Origin: Bacilli bacterium
GTDB lineage: Bacteria > Bacillota_I > Bacilli_A > ML615J-28 > CAG-313
NCBI GenBank assembly: GCA_045119035.1
Contig: JBGVCU010000057.1
Location: 37,238 to 101,237, forward strand
Reading direction: 5' to 3'
Length of the DNA stretch: 64,000 bases
Position 1 is the stretch's first letter. Each line of letters opens with the position of its first letter. The translations under genes and the position numbers were made by a program. The notes under the pieces were generated by a model. The model made no database searches and was not told the DNA's origin. It saw nothing but the letters and a program-made list of their open reading frames with translations. Shown piece after piece: positions 10,721 to 19,509 of the stretch.

Positions 10721-11846
10721 GTATCAAGCAATATTATTAATGGCCGGAAGTGGAACTAGATTTTCAAAGAATGAAAATAAAGCTCTTCTTAAAATTGGCA
10801 ATGACTATTTATTTAATCATTCACTTAAAGTTTTTTTAAATGATAATTTATGCGATAAAATATTTCTTGGAATAAATCCAGCTGATTATGAATTTATTAA
10901 ACCATTAGTGAATGATGAAAAAATTACAATTATAAATGGTGGATTAACTAGATTTGAAACTGTTAAAAATTGTTTAAAAGAAGCATCTATGGATGTTATT
11001 ATACATGATGCAGCAAGACCTATTCTAAATATAGATGATATTAGATTAATACAAGAAGAACTAAATCAATATGATGCTGTGTGTTATTATGAAAAGTGTG
11101 TTGATACATATCGTATTAATAAAAATAATATTATTAAAAATTTAGATCGAAGATCAATGTATAAAATCTTAACTCCACAGGCATTTAAGAAAAATACATT
11201 TAAAACAATTTTATCAACAATTGATAATCCTTCTATTACAGATGAAATATCAATTCTTTTAGATTATGAGTACAAAATAAAACATCTTGAAGCGCCTCAC
11301 TCTATGCCTAAACTTACATATCCACAAGATTATGAATACATTGATTATTTATTAACAAGAAATTCATATCAAAAAATAGGACATTCATTCGACTTTCATC
11401 CTTTTGTAGATGGAGATGGTTTTAGTTTAGGTGGAATACATATTTCGTTTCATAAAAAACTAAAAGGTTGGAGCGATGGAGATCCATTAATTCATTCTAT
11501 TACAGAAGCTATTATTGGTGCTTTAGGCTTAGGTGATATAGGTAAGCTTTTCCCTGATAATGATCCTAAGTATAAAGGAATTCATTCAAATTATTTCTTA
11601 AAAGAAGCTAAACAATTACTTAAACAACATCAATATGAAATAATTAATATTGATTCAATCGTTTATTTAGAAAAACCAAATCTAAAAAATTATAAACCTC
11701 TAATGGAAGATAATATTAGTAATATTTTAAATATCGAAAAATCTTTAATTAATGTTAAAGCAACTACTATGGAACAAAAAGGACTAGTTGGTAGTGGAGA
11801 TGGTATTGGTGCTGAAACTGTAATATTAATAAGAAAGATAAAATAA
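10713..11846 (+). CDS. ispDF: Bifunctional IspD/IspF (MEP cytidylyltransferase fused to MEcPP synthase)
   Basis: N-terminal MAGSGTRF IspD motif. C-terminal IGHSFDFHPF ... HSDGD IspF metal-binding and active-site motifs. 377 aa, about IspD plus IspF. Confidence 0.8.
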   Translation: MTKYQAILLMAGSGTRFSKNENKALLKIGNDYLFNHSLKVFLNDNLCDKIFLGINPADYEFIKPLVNDEKITIINGGLTRFETVKNCLKEASMDVIIHDAARPILNIDDIRLIQEELNQYDAVCYYEKCVDTYRINKNNIIKNLDRRSMYKILTPQAFKKNTFKTILSTIDNPSITDEISILLDYEYKIKHLEAPHSMPKLTYPQDYEYIDYLLTRNSYQKIGHSFDFHPFVDGDGFSLGGIHISFHKKLKGWSDGDPLIHSITEAIIGALGLGDIGKLFPDNDPKYKGIHSNYFLKEAKQLLKQHQYEIINIDSIVYLEKPNLKNYKPLMEDNISNILNIEKSLINVKATTMEQKGLVGSGDGIGAETVILIRKIK

Positions 11847-11876
11847 ATCTCTATTTTTAATAGAGATTTTTTTATT
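11847..11876 (+). terminator. Rho-independent terminator
   Basis: ATCTCTATT-TTTAA-TAGAGAT hairpin followed by a T-run. Confidence 0.55.
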
Positions 11877-11939
11877 TTATAATTTAATACAATATTAATA
11901 TTTAATTAAATTATTAATATATATTAATAGGGTGTATAT

Positions 11940-12581
11940 ATGAAGAAATTATTAATTATATTTATGATTTTACTTATATTTATGTTAATACTAAAAAGCG
12001 CTGATAATTATTTTAGTGAAACTACAAAAATCTATATTGAAAAACAAGCAGATAATCTTGCATCAAACGCAATAAAAGATATAATATTAGAAACTGTTGT
12101 TCCATATATCGATAAAGATCATCTTTTAGATATTAAATATAATAATAACAAAGTAGAAACGGTTATTGTAAATACAAAAATAACTAATTTTATAATGGCA
12201 AAAGCATCAGAACTTATAGATATATTATTAGATAATAAATATATTGAAAAAGAGTTAAATACAATTAAAGTCCCATTAGGTACTTTTATATCTAACTCTT
12301 TATTTTCTTCATTTGGTCCACTTATTACAATACACCTAAAACCGCTTGGAGCATATAATGCAGATATATATACAAATATTTCAAGTTATGGAATTAATAA
12401 TAGTTTAATTGAGGTTTATTTAGATGTTGTAATTGATATAGTGGCACTCATTCCTTTACAAAAACAAAATATAAAAATTTCATCAAAAATATATCTAATT
12501 TCACAAATAATCCAAGGAAGTATACCTAATTACTATTATGGAAATGGAGCAAGTATTGATTACATACCAGATAATGACTAA
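11940..12581 (+). CDS. YunB-like (sporulation protein YunB family) membrane-anchored protein
   Basis: N-terminal TM segment. C-terminal YGINNSLIEVYLDVV ... IPLQKQNIKISSKI ... QGSIPNYYYGNG resembles the remembered YunB family signature; recognition is from memory only. Confidence 0.4.
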   Translation: MKKLLIIFMILLIFMLILKSADNYFSETTKIYIEKQADNLASNAIKDIILETVVPYIDKDHLLDIKYNNNKVETVIVNTKITNFIMAKASELIDILLDNKYIEKELNTIKVPLGTFISNSLFSSFGPLITIHLKPLGAYNADIYTNISSYGINNSLIEVYLDVVIDIVALIPLQKQNIKISSKIYLISQIIQGSIPNYYYGNGASIDYIPDND

Positions 12582-12630
12582 TGTCTATACATTATTGTTA
12601 TAAAAAACATATTATAGATGGGGAAGATAT

Positions 12631-13176
12631 ATGTATGGATATTGTAATTATAAGTCGAATAAATTAAACAAAGCAATTAAATCTTCATTTATAAGCCTAA
12701 TATCAGCAATCATAGTTCAATTTATAATATGGATTGTAACTAATGAAATATTTAGGAATTTAACAAATAAGGAAAAAGAAGAACTACAAATATTTGATTT
12801 TATTTCTTCTGTAATAATAGGAATTATAAATGGTTTTTTAAATGTATATCTTTCCAAAGAAGCGTTCGTTTTTGCTGCAAGTATTATTGCGGTTTTAGTT
12901 AATGATTTTGTTGATTATTTTTTCTACAATGAACTACCAACAATTTCACTTGTGGAAGAAATAATATTAACCATTATATCTATATATATTGTTGTGTTCA
13001 TTGTTGCAAATTTATTTGAAAATACAAAGTTTAAAAATAATGATATAACATATTCAATTTTAATGAACATTATTATTTTTATAACACTTAGTGTTGATTT
13101 TAGTGTATATGAATTATTATTAAATAATAATGGTAATAATAATTTAAATTTAACTGTTCCAGTTGCTTTTGAATGA
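12631..13176 (+). CDS. Hypothetical polytopic membrane protein
   Basis: ORF with 4-5 hydrophobic helices; ends with a TGA stop. Confidence 0.5.
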   Translation: MYGYCNYKSNKLNKAIKSSFISLISAIIVQFIIWIVTNEIFRNLTNKEKEELQIFDFISSVIIGIINGFLNVYLSKEAFVFAASIIAVLVNDFVDYFFYNELPTISLVEEIILTIISIYIVVFIVANLFENTKFKNNDITYSILMNIIIFITLSVDFSVYELLLNNNGNNNLNLTVPVAFE

Positions 13177-13196
13177 CATATGACAAGTTAATTTAC

Positions 13197-13305
13197 TTTA
13201 CAAACATTAAAAAATATGATATAATATCTAAGATGTGATATTATGCGATATCACTCCTTGCTTTAGTATCGGCTAAAGCCTAAAGACCAAAAGGAGGTGT
13301 AAAGA
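13197..13305 (+). promoter_or_regulatory. rpsF promoter (TTTACA-17-TGATATAAT) plus structured 5' leader; candidate S6:S18 autoregulatory leader
   Basis: Extended -10 at 13217-13225. Leader has two hairpins, GTGATAT-TATGCG-ATATCAC and GCTTTAG-TATCG-GCTAAAGC, ahead of the AAGGAGG RBS. Confidence 0.4.
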
Positions 13306-13587
13306 ATGAAAAAATACGAAGTTATGTATATCATTCGCCCAGAAGTTGATGAAGAAGGAAGAAAAGCAGTTATTGATGAAATCAATAATGTTTTCACTGG
13401 ATTAAATTCAACAGTAGAAAAAGTTACTGAAATGGGTGTAAGAGAATTAGCTTATGAAATTAGCAAATGCACTAAAGGTTTCTATGTTTTATTAAACGTA
13501 ACAGCAACTCCAGAAGCTGTAAAAGAATTCGACCGTGTTGCTAACATCAAAGAAACTGTAATTCGTCATATCTGTGTTGCTGAATAG
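13306..13587 (+). CDS. rpsF: 30S ribosomal protein S6
   Basis: MKKYEVMYIIRP start; 93 aa; first gene of the conserved rpsF-ssb-rpsR order. Confidence 0.95.
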   Translation: MKKYEVMYIIRPEVDEEGRKAVIDEINNVFTGLNSTVEKVTEMGVRELAYEISKCTKGFYVLLNVTATPEAVKEFDRVANIKETVIRHICVAE

Positions 13588-13590
13588 TAG

Positions 13591-14121
13591 GTGAAGCACA
13601 TGATGAATAAAGTATTTTTAGTAGGACGTATCACAAGAGACTTAGAATTAAGACAAACTGCATCAGGTCATCCATATGTATTTTTTACAGTGGCTGTAAA
13701 CAGACTTCCATTACCAAATGGAGAAAGAGTAGCAGATTTTATTAGTTGTGTCGCTTGGAATCGTCAAGCAGAAAATTTATCAAGATTTATTCGTAAAGGC
13801 GGATTAGTTGGAATTGATGGAAAACTACAAACTCGTACAGTTCAAAATCCAGATGGTTCTAGTAGAACTGTTATGGAAGTAGTTTGTGATAATGTTACAT
13901 TCTTAGAACCTAGATCAAATAATGATCAACAAGTAGATTCTAACTATTTTAACCAAAACAACACTCGTCCACAATTTAATCCAAACAATAACTATAATCA
14001 AAATAGTTTTTCTGGATTTAATCAATCTGCCAATTCAAGAAACCCAGAGCCTAAGGAAAATCCTTTTGCTCAAGAACAACCTAGTCACTTCGATATAAGC
14101 GATGATGACTTACCATTTTAG
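13591..14121 (+). CDS. ssb: Single-stranded DNA-binding protein
   Basis: OB-fold N-terminus; Gln/Asn/Pro-rich linker; acidic DDDLPF C-terminal tail. Confidence 0.9.
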   Translation: MKHMMNKVFLVGRITRDLELRQTASGHPYVFFTVAVNRLPLPNGERVADFISCVAWNRQAENLSRFIRKGGLVGIDGKLQTRTVQNPDGSSRTVMEVVCDNVTFLEPRSNNDQQVDSNYFNQNNTRPQFNPNNNYNQNSFSGFNQSANSRNPEPKENPFAQEQPSHFDISDDDLPF

Positions 14122-14133
14122 GAGGAAAGAATA

Positions 14134-14355
14134 ATGGCACAATTTAGAAGACGTAAAAAGACTTGCTATTTCACAGACAATAAAGTTGAAAAAATTGACT
14201 GGAAAGATGCTGATTTACTAAAAAGATTCGTATCTGATCGTGGAAAAATTTTACCACGTCGTGTAACTGGTACAAAAGCTATTTACCAAAGAGAATTAGC
14301 TGTTGCTATCAAACGTGCACGTCATATGGCATTATTACCATTCGTTAAAGAATAG
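14134..14355 (+). CDS. rpsR: 30S ribosomal protein S18
   Basis: 73 aa, basic, [10 protein letters not shown] motif. Confidence 0.95.
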   Translation: MAQFRRRKKTCYFTDNKVEKIDWKDADLLKRFVSDRGKILPRRVTGTKAIYQRELAVAIKRARHMALLPFVKE

Positions 14356-14364
14356 TATAAGTCA

Positions 14365-14478
14365 TGTAATATTACAAGTTCATTTTGAAAAAAATATTAC
14401 AATTTGAATTTGAAAAAATTACGGTAAGCAAAGGTATAAAAGATTATATAAGATCGTTCGAAAGAGCGGTCTTTTTTC
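14365..14478 (+). repeat. Direct repeat copy 1 (~110 bp) ending in a rho-independent terminator
   Basis: TGTAATATTACAAGTTCATTTTGAAAAA ... AGATCGTTCGAAAGAGCGGTCTTTTTT; about 85% identical to 15588-15690. Confidence 0.6.
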
Positions 14479-14595
14479 TATATAGAGAAGTAAAAGAAAT
14501 AAAAGTTATATTATCATATAATATAGAACTATCCTACGGTCTATATATTCAGCCTATATCGAACTTTCTATTATATATACGGCGTTTTAATCTAT

Positions 14596-14625
14596 AAAAT
14601 TTGATGATTGTGTGTTATAATATTG
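14596..14625 (+). promoter_or_regulatory. Promoter of the hydrolase gene (TTGATG ... TGTGTTATAAT)
   Basis: Extended -10 TGTGTTATAAT about 30 bp upstream of the GGAGG RBS. Confidence 0.4.
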
Positions 14626-14656
14626 AAGTAAAATATGAATTCAGGAGGTTGCGCAT

Positions 14657-15487
14657 ATGAATAAAAAAATAAAACACAATGGCGAACTTGTGATGATAAA
14701 TAATCACAAAATTCATATATATAGAGAAGGAAATAAAAACAACCCTATAATTGTATTTATGTCAGGTCATTGTACAGTTGCTCCTGTTTATGATTTTAAA
14801 GTTTTATACGGAAAATTATTAAATAACTTTAGGGTAATTGTTATTGAAAAATTTGGATATGGTTATTCTGATATATGTGATTCACCTTGTGATATTGATA
14901 CTCTTGTTTCAATACAAAGACAGGCGTTAATTACACTAGGAGAAACTGGACCATATATCTTAACAACTCATTCAATGTCAGGCTTAGAAGCGATTAGATG
15001 GAAACAAAAGTATCCTGATGAAGTATCTGCTATTATTGGTATTGATATGGCAACTCCATTATCTTTTAGTGTTTGGAAAGAAAAAGATATTAAAAAAATA
15101 GTTCGTCTTATGAAGGTTTTAAGAGGAATGAGACTTGCTAGTGTTTTAAGTACAGTTAGTAATCTTTCTTTAAATGAGGATGAATTTAAACAACATAAGC
15201 TTTTAAAGAAAAGAAATGCATTTAACTAATGTTGCATAAATGAAGCAAAAGAAGTTTTGAATAATGTAAGACTTGTAACTGAGTCTGGTGATATTAAATG
15301 TCCAACATTATTATTTTCATCTAATGGTCAAGATCAAGAACAAGACTGGGTATTAAATCAACAAAAATTTGCTACAATGATGGATGCAAAGTTGATTCAG
15401 TATGATTGTGGACATTATATCCATCATTTTAAAAGTGATGAAATGCGTAAGGAAATTATTGAATTTGTAAAATCATTAGAAAAATAA
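14657..15487 (+). pseudogene. Alpha/beta-hydrolase interrupted by an in-frame TAA (15227-15229)
   Basis: The 190-aa and 76-aa ORFs lie in the same frame. HSMSG nucleophile elbow sits upstream of the stop; CGHYIHHF catalytic-His region sits downstream. Confidence 0.6.
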
Positions 15488-15491
15488 AAAA

Positions 15492-15536
15492 ATATTTAAC
15501 GGTCGGTAGAGCAATTCGGTCGGCCGTTTTTTATTT
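15492..15536 (+). terminator. Rho-independent terminator
   Basis: AACGGTCGG ... TCGGCCGTT stem followed by TTTTT. Confidence 0.5.
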
Positions 15537-15587
15537 CAAGGCAAATTTGTAGTTTCTGTTCAGAATAACTTTGTAATTTTACATCAT

Positions 15588-15690
15588 TGTAATATTACAA
15601 GTTCATTTTGGAAAAATATAACAATTTGAATTTGGAAAAATCACAAGTAAAATAAGATATGTAAGATCGTTCAAAAGAACGGTCTTTTTT
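15588..15690 (+). repeat. Direct repeat copy 2, ending in terminator GATCGTTCAAAAGAACGGTCTTTTTT
   Basis: About 85% identical to 14365-14478, including the duplicated TTTGAAAAA/TTTGGAAAAA sub-repeats. Confidence 0.6.
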
Positions 15691-16201
15691 GTTACTTTAA
15701 CGGCAGTATTAATATTAAGTATATAATAATAAAAATCAAATTGATAAAATAAATCCAAATTATAAAAGAAATAATATAATTTAATATATCTATATAAATA
15801 GTATATGAAGTATATATTGTACTTACTATTACATATAATATAATTACTTACTTTGTTAATTCTAACTCAACTATAAAACTTAAATGAGTTTTTTTGCTCA
15901 AATACTTTTTGTAAAATTATTCCAGATTAGCTTTGTAATGATACATATTGATTTGATTAAAAAATTGTTTTAATATGTTTTTTTATAAAATAATACTAAT
16001 TTAATAAAGAATTTGAATTAAAAATGTAAATTTTTTCTAATAATATAAATTTGTATTATAATTTCAGTATTGAAACTAACCTTAGTTAAATTTATATAGA
16101 AAGTAACTGCATAAATATATGAATTTAATATATTTTTTAGCATAGAAAAAACCTATAAGTAGTTTTAATATTAATTGTGATATTATGATTTAAAAATTTG
16201 A

Positions 16202-16236
16202 GTTGCTTGCAAATTGCAAGCAACTGTGGTATAATA
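16202..16236 (+). promoter_or_regulatory. 25-bp perfect palindrome AGTTGCTTGCAAATTGCAAGCAACT abutting the extended -10 (TGGTATAAT) of the fic promoter; candidate operator
   Basis: Perfect dyad 16202-16226; -10 at 16231-16236; start codon at 16264. Confidence 0.5.
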
Positions 16237-16263
16237 TTTATATGAAAGAAAGAATGTGATTAT

Positions 16264-17121
16264 ATGTATGAAAGAACATCTATACGTTTTTTTAATAATA
16301 AACCTGTTAGATCTTTTTATGATACTGAATTATCAAATTGGTTAATGTGTGCAGTAGATTTGATAGATGCTATTGTTGAAACAAATAATGCTAGAATATA
16401 TTGGTATACTATTAAAAGAAGAAGACCTGAGTTAGTTGCATTTTGCAAGCAACTGAAAATGAGGGCTGCCGATTCTAAAATATATAATACTGATTGTCTT
16501 ACAGAGGAAGGAATAAATTTGCTTTTGTTTTTGCTTCCAATTAAAAATAAGTTAGCTATTCAAGAATGGATTAAAGGTAAGAATAATCCTTTAGATGAAC
16601 AAAGTAAGCTTAGAGCATATGAATTGTTTGATAGTGATATTATTAATAATATTGAAGTTGGTACTATTAATGGACTAAAACAAATACATTCATTCTTATT
16701 TGGTGGATTATATTCTTTTGCAGGACAAATTAGAGAAAAAAACATTTCCAAAGATAATTTTACTTTTGGGAATGCACTATACTTAAATGAAACATTAAGT
16801 AAAATAGAAAAAATGCCAGAAGTGACTTTTGATAATATTGTTGAAAAGTATGTAGAAATGAATATAGCACATCCATTTATGGAAGGTAATGGTAGAACTA
16901 CTAGAATATGGTTAGATTTGATATTTAAAAAGAATCTTTCTATGGTTATAGATTGGAGCAAAATAAAGAAAGAAGAATATCTAAATGCTATGCGAGTTAG
17001 TGTATATTCTGATAAGCAAATAAAAGATTTGTTAAAATCAGCTTTAACAAGTGATATTAATAGTAGAGAGTTATTTATGAAAGGAATAGATTACTCATAC
17101 TATTATGAAGAAGTAGAGTAA
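16264..17121 (+). CDS. fic: Fic family protein (putative AMPylase)
   Basis: Canonical Fic motif [12 protein letters not shown]; 285 aa; no recognisable [ST]xxxE[GN] inhibitory helix found. Confidence 0.8.
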   Translation: MYERTSIRFFNNKPVRSFYDTELSNWLMCAVDLIDAIVETNNARIYWYTIKRRRPELVAFCKQLKMRAADSKIYNTDCLTEEGINLLLFLLPIKNKLAIQEWIKGKNNPLDEQSKLRAYELFDSDIINNIEVGTINGLKQIHSFLFGGLYSFAGQIREKNISKDNFTFGNALYLNETLSKIEKMPEVTFDNIVEKYVEMNIAHPFMEGNGRTTRIWLDLIFKKNLSMVIDWSKIKKEEYLNAMRVSVYSDKQIKDLLKSALTSDINSRELFMKGIDYSYYYEEVE

Positions 17122-17400
17122 TATTAAATACAATTATAGTTAAATTAGTATATATGAATCAAAATATGACAAAACACTTTGCAAATACAATATCTAGTTT
17201 ATGCATTATAGTAAGCATTGCATTATTGTTTTGTCCTATTTCATCTTTTTAAAATGAAGATAAAACCATAAGTAAATATGTTTTTATAACTAGTATTATA
17301 ATTTGTTTAATTTATTTTATCAAATGAAAAAAGTATAATATAACTATATGTTATTATACAAATGATTTAATAATTATTAATTTTATATTTTGGTGAGTTT

Positions 17401-18303
17401 ATGGAACAATTATTTATTAATTTTAGAGAAAAAGTAAAAGAACATCACAATTTAGTTGAATCAATTTGTTTATCTAATAGTAGTGGTGTAATTTGGTGCG
17501 AACAATATATTCCGAGTAATAGAAGAAATATATATTCTCATTCAAAAAGTTTTACTTCGCTTATGGTAGGTATTGCTATAGATGAAGGGATGTTAACATT
17601 GGATACAAGACTTTCTGATGTATTTAAAGATGAAATGACAATAGAAGAATATGAGAAGTTATATAAAATTAAAGTTAAACATTTATTAAATATGTCTAGT
17701 GGTTTTGATCAACCATGCTTATTTACTGATCAAAGAATATCAGGACAAGGATATCCTGATTATTTAAAATTTATGTTTTCATTAGAAGTAAAAGTAGAAC
17801 CAGGTACAAAATTTTTCTACTCAAACGGTGATACTTATTTACTATCTAGAATTGTTTCTAAAGTATATAACCGTAATTTTACACAACTATGTTACGAAAA
17901 AATATTTAAACCATTAGAAATAGGATTACCTATGTGGGGTGTAGATCCTATGGGATATTGTATTGCAGCTAGTGAACTATGCTTAAGTGTTATTGATATG
18001 AATAAATTAGGTATTTTATTCAAAAATAATGGAGTTTACAAAGGAAAAAGAATTGTTTCAGAAGAATATGTAAAAATGTGTTCTTGTCCTCAAATTTCAA
18101 CTAATGGTGGATGGGGTGACTATTCATTTCAATTTTGGATGGTTCCAGAGTGTGATGCATATCGTGCTGATGGTGCATACGGACAAATAACAATAATTTT
18201 TAGAAATTGTGATTATATTTTATCTTTCCAAAGACCTGAAGATGATAAATTAAGTGTAGTATTAGATATTTTAAGAGAAGAAGTATTTAATAAAATCAAA
18301 TAA
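17401..18303 (+). CDS. Beta-lactamase/transpeptidase-fold serine hydrolase
   Basis: S-x-x-K motif (YSHSKSF) and Y-S-N motif (FYSNGD); 300 aa. Confidence 0.65.
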   Translation: MEQLFINFREKVKEHHNLVESICLSNSSGVIWCEQYIPSNRRNIYSHSKSFTSLMVGIAIDEGMLTLDTRLSDVFKDEMTIEEYEKLYKIKVKHLLNMSSGFDQPCLFTDQRISGQGYPDYLKFMFSLEVKVEPGTKFFYSNGDTYLLSRIVSKVYNRNFTQLCYEKIFKPLEIGLPMWGVDPMGYCIAASELCLSVIDMNKLGILFKNNGVYKGKRIVSEEYVKMCSCPQISTNGGWGDYSFQFWMVPECDAYRADGAYGQITIIFRNCDYILSFQRPEDDKLSVVLDILREEVFNKIK

Positions 18304-18461
18304 AAATTAAAAAAATATTCAAAAGAAATAACAATTTAAATCAAAAAAAATATTAATTAGTGTTTTTCATTTGTCAATAAAATATATCAATGAAATTTTA
18401 AGAAATATAATTTGATTTGTGTAATAGATATGTTATATTAAAATATAAGGAGATAATTTGT

Positions 18462-18746
18462 ATGAATAGAATTAATATTTTTATAAATGTTTATGTTCAT
18501 TATCCAGAAGTATATAATGAAACAATAGTTAGTAGTAAGTTGGATCAATATTTTAAAGGCTATTTTAAAGAAAGCGAAACATATGTTAAGTTTCATACGT
18601 CTCCAGCAACTGAAAATCAAATTATTGTTATTGAAACACCTATTGAAAAAATAGTAGATATAGATAAATTAAAACAACAATGGAATGAGTATTTATTAGT
18701 ATACTTCAATCATGAAATTAAAGAGATTATATATAAAATTAATTAG
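18462..18746 (+). CDS. Hypothetical small protein (95 aa)
   Basis: ATG preceded by AAGGAGA; chosen over the tool's upstream start at 18417. Confidence 0.4.
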   Translation: MNRINIFINVYVHYPEVYNETIVSSKLDQYFKGYFKESETYVKFHTSPATENQIIVIETPIEKIVDIDKLKQQWNEYLLVYFNHEIKEIIYKIN

Positions 18747-18794
18747 ATAAATACTTTTTTGTTTTTAATTTAAAAATTACTAGGAGGATATATT

Positions 18795-19331
18795 ATGAAA
18801 CTAGTGTTAATAATAGGTGCAGGTGCAGTTGGTAAAATGACTGTTGGACAAGAACTGATAAAAATAACGAATTTAAGACTATTTCATAATCATATGATGA
18901 TTGAACCTGTTATTGAAATTTTTGGTAAGTTTAAGGGTGATACAATACTTAAATTACGCGAAATTATTTTTGATGATTTTGTAAATGATGATAATGAAGG
19001 TATGATTCATACACTAATGTGGGCATTTGATATGAAATCAGATTGGGAATATGTTGAAAATCTAGTTAATAAATTTGATGAAGTATATTGTGTAGAGTTA
19101 ATTGCTTCACAAGAAGTTCGTTTAGAAAGAAATAAAACAGAAAATAGATTACAAAATAAAGCTTCAAAACGTGATATAGAAACATCTAATAAACGTGTGT
19201 TATATGAAGATACACATCGACTTGTTAGTTTTGAAGGAGAAATTCCTTTTAAAAATTATTTAAGAATAAACAATGAAAATATTGAAGCTAAAGATGTAGC
19301 TCAAATGATTAAAGATGCTTTTAATTTATAA
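18795..19331 (+). CDS. Small P-loop NTPase/kinase (chloramphenicol-phosphotransferase-like or AAA_33-like size class)
   Basis: Walker A IGAGAVGKMT at the N-terminus; 178 aa; strong AGGAGG RBS. Confidence 0.5.
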   Translation: MKLVLIIGAGAVGKMTVGQELIKITNLRLFHNHMMIEPVIEIFGKFKGDTILKLREIIFDDFVNDDNEGMIHTLMWAFDMKSDWEYVENLVNKFDEVYCVELIASQEVRLERNKTENRLQNKASKRDIETSNKRVLYEDTHRLVSFEGEIPFKNYLRINNENIEAKDVAQMIKDAFNL

Positions 19332-19509
19332 AATGATACTAATAATTTTAAAAGAAAAAGATCATAAAGTAATTTATGGTCTTTTTTGACGCTATATATT
19401 AGAATTATTATAAGATTATTTGATATCTATTTTTTCTTGTGATATAATAAAACAAAAAAGATAATTGTTTTATTATATTATTAACTTTAAAGATAAGGAG
19501 GTGTTGATA

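Noticed and set aside
14385-14597. 70-aa ORF downstream of rpsR
   Set aside because: It spans the ~110-bp terminator-containing repeat and the hydrolase promoter region, has no RBS, and is better explained as non-coding regulatory or repeat DNA.
15700-16260. 560-bp non-coding desert upstream of fic, considered as a hidden ncRNA or CRISPR-like array
   Set aside because: No regularly spaced direct repeats and no conserved-looking structured GC-rich segments. It is better described as AT-rich spacer or degraded DNA ending in the fic promoter palindrome.
19465-19509. Upstream ATG start (19465) for the 1052-aa surface protein, and analogous upstream starts at 22583, 31635, 38009, 39553, 50691 and 18417
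   Set aside because: In each case a downstream in-frame ATG or GTG is preceded at 6-10 nt by a strong AGGAGG-type RBS and begins a proper signal or lipobox sequence. The upstream starts lack an RBS or overlap the preceding gene or promoter.
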